A DNA stretch of 64,000 nt from Trichosphaerium sp. ATCC 40318 (Eukaryota > Protista > Tubulinea). The stretch is taken from contig JALMLS010000278.1 in assembly GCA_038496445.1 (NCBI GenBank), positions 7,831-71,830 of the forward strand, given 5' to 3'. Shown here one piece after another: positions 54,068 to 64,000 of the stretch. Below the pieces are notes generated by a model. It searched no databases. It saw only the letters and a list, made by a program, of their open reading frames with translations, and was not told the DNA's origin. Made by a program: the position numbers and the translations under genes. Each line of letters starts with the position of its first letter. The first letter of the stretch is position 1.

Positions 54068-56238
54068 ATGAACTACAAATGGTTCAAGCAAATAGGACGT
54101 CAAAGATGGGCTTGGGGCGAATGTCGATTTCAAGCGGAGGAAGACTATAAATACCTTGCTGCAAGTCTTCCTACAGGTTCTTATGTACCAAGGAGGATGC
54201 AATATATGAGAAATAGATACATACGACATAAGAAGACAGGGATCTTATCATCAGAGAGAGCTCTTTTACAAAAAAAGGTAGCAGCAGCTCAAGAAAAACG
54301 TTCAGTTATTTCATCCCAACCTGTATCAAAGTTACCACCCTGGGGGAATACACTACCTCCTCTGACGCGTTACGAATGTCCACCTAAACTACTACCTTCT
54401 GTACCACAACAACAAGTTCAGACCCAACAAGTACAAGAGATGAAGAAAGAACCACAAACACATCAACCTAAAGTGAACATATGTAGCCTGCCTATACTAC
54501 AAAAACCACCTCCTTCTTCTGTACCTGATTCAGATATGGTTGATATGGTTGATATGGATGATGGAGAATCATTGGATGCTTGGAAAGAGTTCGATCACAC
54601 AGACTGTTCAATTGACGATGTACGTTGGCAGTTTTTTTTTTTGTGTTTTATTTAAAAGCCATTTTCTTTGTATTGACCTGTTGTCTTTGTAGCAAGAAGA
54701 AGGTGATTCTGATGCTTGGGAGGGTGAGTCCAATGTCGTGATAGAGGCAGATTATTCCGGTCTTTCTTGTATACCACGGGCCAAGGGATTGGGTACTTAT
54801 AGCCGTGTACGTTGTATAGAAGTGTTTTAATTCAAAAAATTACTTTGGCTCATTCTAATTCCTTTTAAGGGTTGGTCCAATAAGGTGCTTTTACTTGATG
54901 ACAAGAGGCGCGCAATATTCAATAGCATATTAGCACGCCCTCACCGACACAAAGAGTGCGTTAACGCCTAAAACACGCGAATTTCTTTACGATATTTTTT
55001 TTCTGTTAAAATTATTTCGAGATTTTTTTCAGCTTTTGTTCACAATTTTCAAGCTCGCCGTTACCTCTTTGGGTTTTGTTGTTTAAATAGCTAATTGGCT
55101 TTTTAAGGTATCAATGGACAGACGTACTTTTCTCTCATAAAACCAAGACTACTACGAGGACTGTTAGAAAGGTAATAAATCAACTAAATCAGCTGTTTAA
55201 ATCAATTTTTTTTTTCAATTTTGGTTGTGCTTTTTTCGTTCACACGTTACCCATTGTGTCATAATTGACTTGCCACCCAGGGTTACAAAAAAACAAATGG
55301 AACACCTATATTTATAGCCGGCAAATTTATTGAATACACCATGTCGGAATGTCCTAGTTCAAAATTTTTATATCTTATTGATGAAATTCATATTATGCTT
55401 GAGTTGAAGAATTTGAAGCATATTGTACAACTTATAGACTACTATGTCGATCCTGTAGTACGTATTTATTCTACCATGTTGTATGCCTACGCTTGGTGTT
55501 AATATGGTTTTGTTTAGAAGCTTGCTTTGGTCATTGTTATGCCTCTTTTGGCTCGATGTTTACCAAACCCAAAACAATATAATATATGCGCTAAACAGTT
55601 GATTACTGCTACAGCAAATATGCATAGAAGTGGTTACTTGCACCACGATATAAAGCGAGGTAATGTAATGTGGGAAAAGGAAGGAGAGGTACGTCACAGC
55701 GTCCGACTTTTTAATAGAACGTTCCTTTTTTTGTTGACTTTTTTTTGTATTAGAGTATTTGTTTAATTGACTTTGGGATAAGTCGTCCGTTTTCTAATCT
55801 ATGTAAACATACACCTGATTTTATACCTGGTACACCAAAGTACAGACCAAAGGATCTTTGTTGCACAAAGGCTTTTGATGGCTATGGTGTAGGCAAGACA
55901 ATAGAGCGGTGGATTGAGGTACAATAGTTTTTTTTTCTTTGCTTTTTTTTATGCTTTTCTCACTCCTTTTGTTTCAGCTCTCTGGAACTCCACTTCCAAA
56001 AGATCGAGCCCGGTTAGAAGCATTAGTTCGAGTTTTAACAACAGAAAGTCGAGCGAGCAGGATGGATTTAGAGTCAGTTTTGCGACGAAGCGATGAGTTT
56101 TTTGGAACGAGTTGGACAGAGTCAAGCTCTGATTGGAGTGACGCTGATGCTGAGGATGATGACGATGACGACGACGATGATGATGACGACGATGAAAACG
56201 ACGACATTGACGATGTCTCAGGCGTTAAGCGCATGTAA
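54068..56238 (+). CDS. Divergent Ser/Thr protein kinase with Pro/Gln-rich N-terminus and acidic tail
   Basis: GLGTYSRV, HHDIKRGN, LIDFG, GTPKYRP; Asp-rich C-terminus. Confidence 0.8.
56153..56215 (+). repeat. GAY trinucleotide repeat encoding poly-Asp
   Basis: gaggatgatgacgatgacgacgacgatgatgatgacgacgat. Confidence 0.85.
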
Positions 56239-56644
56239 TTTTTTTTTTTTCATTTTTCTTACCTCCCGTCTACTTGTTTTCCAAAACAATTAGTTGTAAA
56301 ACAGCGTTGGTTCTGTGGTTTATAATAAAAACCGTCCATGTACAAAAAAAGCAACTGTGTTGTAAAGAAGGTTACTTTTTTGATTTTTCTGCTCGTATCG
56401 AACACACAAGATGTATGCAGTACGTATTAGGCGAATTGAGGCTCAAACGGCCGTTGACAAATACAGACAGTGCAGCCTGTAGCTTTGCGTTACGTTTTCT
56501 TAGCGCATACTCAGGTGTAATAAGATGGAGAACAGTTTGTAAAGTGAAATTAGTTGACTTTGTTACTCGGAAACCGAAGCAGTGAGGTTGAGCGTATTTC
56601 CCAACTTTGATAATAAGTTAGTGGTTCCTGAGTGTTAGTACATC

Positions 56645-59056
56645 ATGATGGAAACAACTGTAAGTTTCGATGTGCTCAAACAGCACAACAAGCGTGATGA
56701 CGCATGGTACGTAACCGTTAGATACTGTTTTTTAAGGTTTTAAGGATTGCTGTGTATGGAAAAGTTTACGATGTTACGCAATGGTCAAGAACCCATCCTG
56801 GTGGTAAAAGCGTAGTGTTGGGATACGCAGGTACGTGTTTTGGTGCACTGGGGTTTTTTTGCACTTTTACGAGTTGTAATTTATAAATTTTGGGCGTTAT
56901 ATTGTTCTGAGCACTCAGTTTTTGCTAGGCGAAGATGCTTCTGATGTCGTTACTGCTCTACACCCAAAAGACAAGACTAATTTCAATAAGTTCCTTGCAG
57001 AGCTCCCATGCAAAGGTAAGCAACACAATTTACCCTATGAACCAAGTCAAATTTTCACTAAACACGAAAAAACCCAATTCGTTTGCAGACATTGTGACAT
57101 AGAATCCACGCTTGCATACGTCTAAATAAGCTTATAGGAACCTTGGATAAATCAACAGCACCACCTACACCACCTCTCGTCCAAGACTTCAGAAAACTAC
57201 GTGCTGAGGCTATAAAGGAAGGTTTATTCAAGCCTGAGCCGGTACGATAAACTATTAAACTATAGTTGGTATTCTATGAAATACCTTTTCCTAAAAGATG
57301 GCTTCATTTCTCATTTTTGATTTGAGGTTTTTGCGGTTAACAATCTGTTTAGATTTTTTACGTATTACACCTCTTGCATATTATCCTTCTTGAGGCTGCT
57401 GCTTATTCTGTGTTTTATTTTTTTGGTGTCAGTTGGACTAGCTTTCTTTGCAGTTCTATCCTGCTCGCTACAGCTCAGGTACATAAAAATCCCAATTAAT
57501 GAAAAAAAAACACCTCCTCAACAGCCCATTTTTCTTTCTCAGATTATTTCGTGGCGAAGACCATTAGTGTGGTTATCAAATGGCTCAAAACTTTAATTTT
57601 CACATTTGATCAGATCTAAGAACCACCGTTAATAATTTCTTTTTTTTTGGGTTTGTTCGTTTTCGTCAATTACGTACACTTACGTTTCTTGTTGTTAGGC
57701 ACAAGCTGGTTGGACACAACATGATTACGGACATCTCTCTGTATTCAATGGATCTAAAATGAATCATTATATGCATTGGTTTGTTATGACAATACTCAAG
57801 TCTGCTTCTCCAACATGGTAACATCTTTTGTTGTTTTTTTTAAGTGAATTTTATTTTATTTTCTAACTTGGATCAAACAGGTGGAATTGGCGCCATTTTA
57901 ATCACCACGCTAAACCAAACGTTGTTAATAAAGATGCTGATATCAAAATGACACACTTTTTCGTATTGGGTGATCAAGTGTCCAAGCTTTGGGCTAAAAA
58001 AGGTACGAAGAACCTTTTCTTTTAAAATATTGAATTCTAACCCTCCTTGCCAATAGACAAAGGTTTTCTACCATACAACTACCAACAATACTACTGGCAT
58101 TTGATTGGACCTCCACTATTGCTTCCTGTTTACTTCCACATTGAAATCTGGTCCTTCCGTACGTCGAATAAAGATTTCTTAGCAACTTCTCTTTTTCTCT
58201 TTTTCTCTTTTAACTTCGCACAATTGATGTTATCTTGCTTACCCTTGTATTCTTAGTTCTCAACAAGGGACTATTTTTTGAGATTGCAATCGTATTGTTT
58301 GGTATGTCACGTATAACTTGGTTCACAGCACCTTACATTGGTTTTTGGGGTACGTTGGAAAAGATGCCTAATCGAGCACTTTTTTTGTGTAACTTTTTAT
58401 GTTAGGATCTTGCCAGATGTACATGTTTGTACGATTACTTGAGAGTCATTGGTTCGTTTGGGTTACTCAAATGAGTCATATTGTAATGGGTGATTCCATC
58501 AGATTCGATACACAAAAGAATTGGCCTCAAATTCAGGTAAACAAAACGTTCCGTCATTGTTTTTTCAACCTTTTTTTCCTCCATTCGTGCTTAGTAGCAT
58601 ATTTTTTTACTTCTTGTTCTTTTATTTTATTACGTACGTAGTGCTTACTGTTCGAATCTAGGTTGATGCTACATGTGATATTGAAGGTGGATTATTCAAT
58701 GATTGGTTCACAGGTCATTTGAACTACCAAATTGAACATCATCTTTTCCCTACAATGCCTCGTCATAGCTTGCCTAAAATACATGAACGTGTAAAGAATC
58801 TATACGCAAAACATGGTATAAAGATACAGGTACGGTATAAACATAAAAAACCGAACACCCAGACGAACAGCCTTGCTGTCCTTTGGATTTAAAATTATTC
58901 CAAAAAACCCACCAACTCACATACTATTAGGTAAAACCACTTTGGCGTGCATTTGCTGATGTTCACTCATCTCTCGAGACCTATGGTAATGCATGGCGTG
59001 AAGCTTATACAGAACACCATGGCAATAGCCACAGTCACGGTGTCAAAGTAGAGTAA
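56645..59056 (+). CDS. Cytochrome b5-fused front-end fatty acid desaturase (delta-5/delta-6 type)
   Basis: HPGG heme motif; His boxes HDYGH, HFNHH and QIEHHLFP. Confidence 0.95.
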
Positions 59057-59391
59057 AATCACTCTATTGCAAAAAAGACAAATAAAAATATCGATTGGAC
59101 ATACAATTGCTGCACGTGCACAATGTTCTACAAAAAACTAAGCCAGGTTTTTTACTTAAACAAATTCAAAGTCTTGATACTTTTCCATGTGTTTACACGC
59201 ATTTTTGTTGTTACTGTAGGGCATTTACCAAAGATAGAATTGTTACGAATTTATTTAGTAACACATTTCTGCGGGACTATGTACAAAATATATTCTCTTT
59301 TGTTAGAAATATGTAAGATAGAACAGCGGATGTAGCGCTGTTCTCTGTTGGTCGCGCCTGTTGCTTGCTCGGACAAGAATCCGACCTTCGC

Positions 59392-60660
59392 TCACATAAT
59401 TTTATCTATTTTTAGAATTGAATAAAATTCATCTATTCTGTAACCTTTTAGTGTTTTCAGATACTCGAGCATAGTTTCAGTGCTGAGCAAATATATCTCC
59501 TTAACGCTGGAGAGATGGGTGAGCCAATCGCTTGATATTACATTATCGATTATTAAGTTGATAGTGTGCGCTTTTGAAAGGTATTTCATACCCTCGCTGG
59601 TGATACCTGAACATGCTTGTAGATTGATAGTGTGCACGCCAGACAGATGTTTAAGCCAATCATCTGTTGCATTTGTTCGAGATAGGTTGATAGTATGTAC
59701 ACCTGCGAGGTATTTCACGTGATCTCCGTTGATATTATTACAGTATGATAGATCAACTTCATGCGCACCAGATAGGTATTTGAAACACGTTCCAGTGATA
59801 TCACAACAACGAAGATGGATAGTGTGTACACCAGACAGATGTTTAATCCAATCATCTGTTGCCTTTGTTTTAGATAGGGTGATAGTATGTACACCCGTAA
59901 GGTACTTCATAGACTCTACAGTGATACCCTCACACTCGTATAAATTGATTGTATGTACACCAACCAAAGCTGAGACACCTTTATCTGTCACCTGTGTATC
60001 ACACAACTTTATGGAATGAACACCAGCCAAAGCAGAAATACCTACGTCCGTAATACACTCACAACCAGCTAAAACTATTGTGTGTACTCCCGCTAATGCA
60101 ACTAAGACGTCATCTGTAACTAAGGGAGAGTACGGAATACTTATAATCGGGATCCCAGCAAGTGCTTTCAAAGCGTCCGAGGTAATGTTTGTGAGCCTGT
60201 ACAAAAAAATGGACTTAAAATATCCCACTAGTGGCACTAACCCTGCGTCTGTGACACTTTCAGAACTCTCTATGAGTAAAGAGCGTACACCACAAATAGA
60301 GTTCAATCCGGTGTCTGTTACCAAGGTACCCTTTTTAATGCTAAGGTCTCGAACACCTGAAAGCATACTAAGATCTGAGTCTGTTGGGTTCCATACAGTT
60401 ATTTGTGTATTTTTTAGTAGTGGACTGTCACGAAGATATGAACAACTCAAAGTCACTTCATCTTTCAGAATAGTGATTGTTTCGTAGCCAACGTGATGCC
60501 TTATAATGTCACATAGTCGTTTACAGCTCTGGGAAACTGCAAATCGATAACAACGGCTCAAAAACGCGAGCAAATGAGCGATGATCTCCGTTGGTATGTC
60601 TAATAGCTTCGTATCGATATTGGTGTTGCTTGAGACTTCTTTGTAACGTTTTGCTAGCAT
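59392..60660 (-). CDS. Intronless F-box / leucine-rich repeat protein
   Basis: LLDIPTEIIAHLLAFL..SQSCKRL F-box, then many 21-22-aa repeats of the form L.GVHTI.L..C..ITD. Confidence 0.88.
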   Translation of the reverse strand: MLAKRYKEVSSNTNIDTKLLDIPTEIIAHLLAFLSRCYRFAVSQSCKRLCDIIRHHVGYETITILKDEVTLSCSYLRDSPLLKNTQITVWNPTDSDLSMLSGVRDLSIKKGTLVTDTGLNSICGVRSLLIESSESVTDAGLVPLVGYFKSIFLYRLTNITSDALKALAGIPIISIPYSPLVTDDVLVALAGVHTIVLAGCECITDVGISALAGVHSIKLCDTQVTDKGVSALVGVHTINLYECEGITVESMKYLTGVHTITLSKTKATDDWIKHLSGVHTIHLRCCDITGTCFKYLSGAHEVDLSYCNNINGDHVKYLAGVHTINLSRTNATDDWLKHLSGVHTINLQACSGITSEGMKYLSKAHTINLIIDNVISSDWLTHLSSVKEIYLLSTETMLEYLKTLKGYRIDEFYSILKIDKIM

Positions 60661-61126
60661 TGTTGGCTCTGGAATGATACTATAGTTGTATTGAATGGTG
60701 CAAGTAAGATATACTCCTTGTAAAGTGGCGCTATTTTTAACGTTGCGCGTATCGGTTCGTTGTGCGTGTTTATTTTAACAGGTCAAAGTCCGAACAAAAG
60801 TTACAGAAGAAAAATTATCGAAGTCAAAACCAATCAACGTAGTGTCACATCATGAAGGGGATGATAGGATATGGAGAAAATGACCGTGTCACTAGTTTAT
60901 AGCTCAGGTTTGAAGTTGATGAATATATAAAAAAGATTAACTGATATTCCATTGGGAGATTATTTTTTAATCATAAAGTAGTACCTTATCCGGTTGACGC
61001 CTTTGATTTAACTAGCAACATCTACGCTATGTTCAAACAAACTACTTGAAAGGTTGGGTAGTACAAACGCAACTTTGTAGACTTAGAAAGCAACACTTTC
61101 ATTATAGGTATAACGCACGTGATAAT

Positions 61127-61456
61127 TGAAGAATTAAAGTACCAGAACTACGTATTTTGATTTCGTACTACTTGTGGACAGAAGAGCTTTTCTTTTCTTC
61201 AGGAAGTATCAAAATCTAAACATTTCTTCACAGTGAACATCCAGAATTGCGGTACTGTTCCATAATCTCCCAGACTGGTTGAATTTTATTCAAAAACCTT
61301 ACAGTGATGTTAAAACTGTGGGAGGTTTATATCCAAAGAGTACGAGAGAGGAGCTGTTAACTTGTTTTTCCCGTGAGATAGTGATCTCCGGGTGATATAA
61401 GATACAAGGGAACCAATCTCCGAGATTACGGAGATAGGTTAAATTACGTTCTTACA
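61127..61456 (-). repeat. Putative 3' LTR (about 330 bp)
   Basis: Minus strand starts TGTAAGAA right after purine tract AAATGAGGGAGA (61459-61470), contains GATATAAA and AATAAA, ends TTCTTCA; distal end inferred. Confidence 0.65.
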
Positions 61457-61704
61457 AATCTCCCTCATTTAATAAAGATACTCCGTATCGCTAATCATCT
61501 TGCAACATCACAGGAAACCCAACAACCTTCGAACCTTGGTCAACGCCTAAGGGGGACGATTTGTGATCTTGTTGCAACTCCTCTGTCTTCTTCGTTGAGA
61601 CCAAGAACTTCCTGTACAGCAACGAACAGCCAATAATAAAAATCAAAAACCAACAGTTATTCTTAATAAACACCAACAGTAGTACGACTCCAAAAGGAGA
61701 ACAA

Positions 61705-64000
61705 CTAAAACTCGATAAGGCAAAGGTTAACCTCGCTAGCTAAACGGGTAGGAAACTGCTTGATCAGAACAGTCAACCATTCACGTAACGAGTCAGCGCT
61801 TGGACAAGCTTTCATCTCCGTGAGTAAACGCTGTTGAAGTGTATTACTACGAATGTAGAGGGAACCTCTACCGATGAGCCACTTGAGTTGTTTGTCAAGC
61901 GTTTTTCTGTCAAATTTAGAAGAGGAAGACAGTAAATCCCTCAATAGATCTCTAAGGATCTCGACTCGAGGAGCACGTCTATGTTTACGTGAGTTATGTA
62001 CTTTTTGAATATGTCTAGCTCCCTGCGCCTTGATGCTTTTAAGCTTGGTAGAGAACTCATCTACTGGCGGTAAATCCGGGAGTGCTTTTTCATTTTCAAC
62101 ATAATTGTCACTCTTATCCCCATCAGAAATAGGAGGAGTGACCACACTACGTTTCAAATAAGCATCTCTAGCCATAGTACGACTAACTTGACCAAGTGGT
62201 CTTAGGTAAGAATCAATAAACGGCTTGAGTCGGTCAACATTAACCACACGTGACATTTGACTGTCAGCTGGTAAATCTAACATGAAATTGTTAGGACCTG
62301 TTTGTTGCAAAATACTATAAGGGCCGTGCCACTTCATAGTAAGTTTGCTTTTTTGATCTTTTTTGAGGGCTGGAACCCATAACCAGACAAGTTGACCTGG
62401 TTTATATTGAACTGCGCGACGATGCTTGTTATAGTATCTCGCTTGCTCACGTTTCGCCTTGAGTATATTTGCTTTAGCCAATTGGTAAGCGTATTTCAAG
62501 CGATGAGCTAACCTATCTGCCCAATCACCGATCTTGTATTTATCAGGCATTGAAACTCTGATATCATCTGAGACCAAGTCGATGGGGAGTATAGGCTTTC
62601 TACCGAACACCAACTGATAGGGTGTATGCTGAGTCGCATGATGGTAAGCGGTCCTATATGCAAAGAGCGCATAAGGTAACCAATAGTCCCAATCACTTTG
62701 TTGCTCATTAACAAACGCTCTGATAACCTCAATCAAAGTGTGATTGAATCGTTCAGTTTGACCATCAGTCTGAGGATGGTAGGCGGTAGTTTGCCTTTTG
62801 TCAATGTGCAGTGTGTTGTAGACTTTGTTTGAGAACTCGGAGACAAACTCACCCCCTTGATCAGTCAATACCTGTTTAGGAATACCGTAACGAAAGCAGA
62901 ATTCAGTTACAAATTTGTAGGAGACCTCAGAGGGATCTTTACTTGTAATTGCAAATGCCTCAACCCACTTTGTAAAGTGATCTGTGAGCACCAGAAGGTA
63001 TTTATTCCCTTTCGGTGTTTCAGGTAACGGCCCTACCAAATCCATTGCGATTACCTGGAGTGGCTCAAGTACGGCAAACGGTACAGCAAAACCTCCTTTT
63101 GGTAAACGTGCTTTTTTATTTCGCTGACAGGTGTAACACGAGCGGCACCATTCACGAGTATCAGCGTACATATGAGGCCAATAAAACCTTTCAGCTAATC
63201 GCTCATAGGTTTTAATAAAGCCAAAATGCCCTGAGAAAGGCATGTCATGACACTGTCTAAGCACAACACTTCGCATGGCATGGGGTACTACTATTTGAAA
63301 GATCAGGTTACTACCATTTGGATCCGCTGCATCAACAACTTTCTTAACATGGTATAACATGCCAGTGTTAGCGTCAATGGTGAGCTGTCTCGCATTGGTA
63401 ATAAAAGTTTCTTCTTTGAAACCATGTCTACGCCTGAGATGCGTAGGGATCCGTCCTCCTTCCAGATATTCAATGAATACTGTGAGGTTAGGATCTTGCC
63501 TTTGCAGGTGAGCCCAGTTATATACTGGTTTGTGTTTAGTAACCAAATTGCAAATTTTGGCAATTGGTTTTCTAGACAAAGCATCGGCGTCGGTGTGATT
63601 GACACCTTTCTTGTATACAACGTTAAAGTCGTACTGTTGTACTTCCATTAACCAACGTGCTACTACATCTTTAGGATTCTTGAGAGAATTTAAATATTTG
63701 AGAGGTTTGTGATCGGAATAGACAATGAGTTTAAATTGAGAAAAAGAGATATAACCCTTGAACTCTCTCAGCGCCATCACAATACCCAAACATTCTCTGT
63801 CAATTGTAGAATAGCGTCGTTGGGTGTCAGAGAAGGTATAGCTATGATAGGCTATGACGTGCTGCTTCCCTTTCACTCGTTGCACAAGAGCACTGCCACA
63901 AGCGCGACCAGAAGCATCAACATGGATCTCAAATGGTAAGTTGAAGTCTGGATGTTGCAGTATAGGGGGCGTGATGAGAGCCCGTTGAACGTAATTCGAA
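61705..64000 (-). CDS. Gypsy Pol: RT connection/RNase H, HHCC zinc finger, DDE integrase, GPY/F motif, C-terminal extension
   Basis: YSTIDRECLGIV, SDHKPL, ADALSR, H..GH..CRSCYTC, MDLVGP, TDQGGEF, YHPQTDGQTERFN, WHGPY; uninterrupted ORF. Confidence 0.95.
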   Translation of the reverse strand, partial: SNYVQRALITPPILQHPDFNLPFEIHVDASGRACGSALVQRVKGKQHVIAYHSYTFSDTQRRYSTIDRECLGIVMALREFKGYISFSQFKLIVYSDHKPLKYLNSLKNPKDVVARWLMEVQQYDFNVVYKKGVNHTDADALSRKPIAKICNLVTKHKPVYNWAHLQRQDPNLTVFIEYLEGGRIPTHLRRRHGFKEETFITNARQLTIDANTGMLYHVKKVVDAADPNGSNLIFQIVVPHAMRSVVLRQCHDMPFSGHFGFIKTYERLAERFYWPHMYADTREWCRSCYTCQRNKKARLPKGGFAVPFAVLEPLQVIAMDLVGPLPETPKGNKYLLVLTDHFTKWVEAFAITSKDPSEVSYKFVTEFCFRYGIPKQVLTDQGGEFVSEFSNKVYNTLHIDKRQTTAYHPQTDGQTERFNHTLIEVIRAFVNEQQSDWDYWLPYALFAYRTAYHHATQHTPYQLVFGRKPILPIDLVSDDIRVSMPDKYKIGDWADRLAHRLKYAYQLAKANILKAKREQARYYNKHRRAVQYKPGQLVWLWVPALKKDQKSKLTMKWHGPYSILQQTGPNNFMLDLPADSQMSRVVNVDRLKPFIDSYLRPLGQVSRTMARDAYLKRSVVTPPISDGDKSDNYVENEKALPDLPPVDEFSTKLKSIKAQGARHIQKVHNSRKHRRAPRVEILRDLLRDLLSSSSKFDRKTLDKQLKWLIGRGSLYIRSNTLQQRLLTEMKACPSADSLREWLTVLIKQFPTRLASEVNLCLIEF

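Larger units (their letters stand above)
61127..64000 (-). mobile_element. Ty3/gypsy LTR retrotransposon (3' portion, runs off the window)
   Basis: RNase H followed by integrase, then PPT and LTR. Confidence 0.93.

Noticed and set aside
61491-61676. Small hydrophobic ORF after pol as a possible env-like gene
   Set aside because: Only 61 aa with a non-ATG start; more likely untranslated sequence before the PPT

Overview
Gene-dense, AT-rich eukaryotic DNA with many short GT-AG introns (donors often GTACGT) and about 25 protein-coding genes. The mix of Integrator INTS1, a Zn(II)2Cys6 factor, vertebrate-type PMS1, a WASP-like protein and an RGS protein suggests a protist, most plausibly an amoebozoan (inference). 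In order: SAP/Cys-rich protein, Bax-inhibitor/Lifeguard protein, INTS1, GNAT acetyltransferase, Zn2Cys6 factor, divergent BiP-like Hsp70, a metallothionein + GHL15-like hydrolase + GST cassette, UvrD/Srs2-like helicase, potato-I inhibitor, an unknown gene, RGS protein, an inverted second copy of the cassette, PMS1, F-box/NHL protein, acyl-thioesterase, an EF-hand/SH3/CRIB/VCA protein, nocturnin, a Cys-rich orphan, a GFW/DWY-repeat protein, a kinase, a front-end desaturase, an intronless F-box/LRR gene and the 3' part of a Ty3/gypsy retrotransposon. Most notable: (1) a 3-exon, 78-aa metallothionein missed by the ORF track, present twice, each preceded by an array of CAGGG-N3-7-CCCTG palindromes inside a duplicated, circularly permuted stress cassette; (2) a WASP-like protein whose WH1 domain is replaced by a calcineurin-B/NCS-like EF-hand domain with an SH3 inserted between EF3 and EF4; (3) strong window-wide enrichment of CACGTG. 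Gene models were assembled by eye, so some boundaries are approximate.
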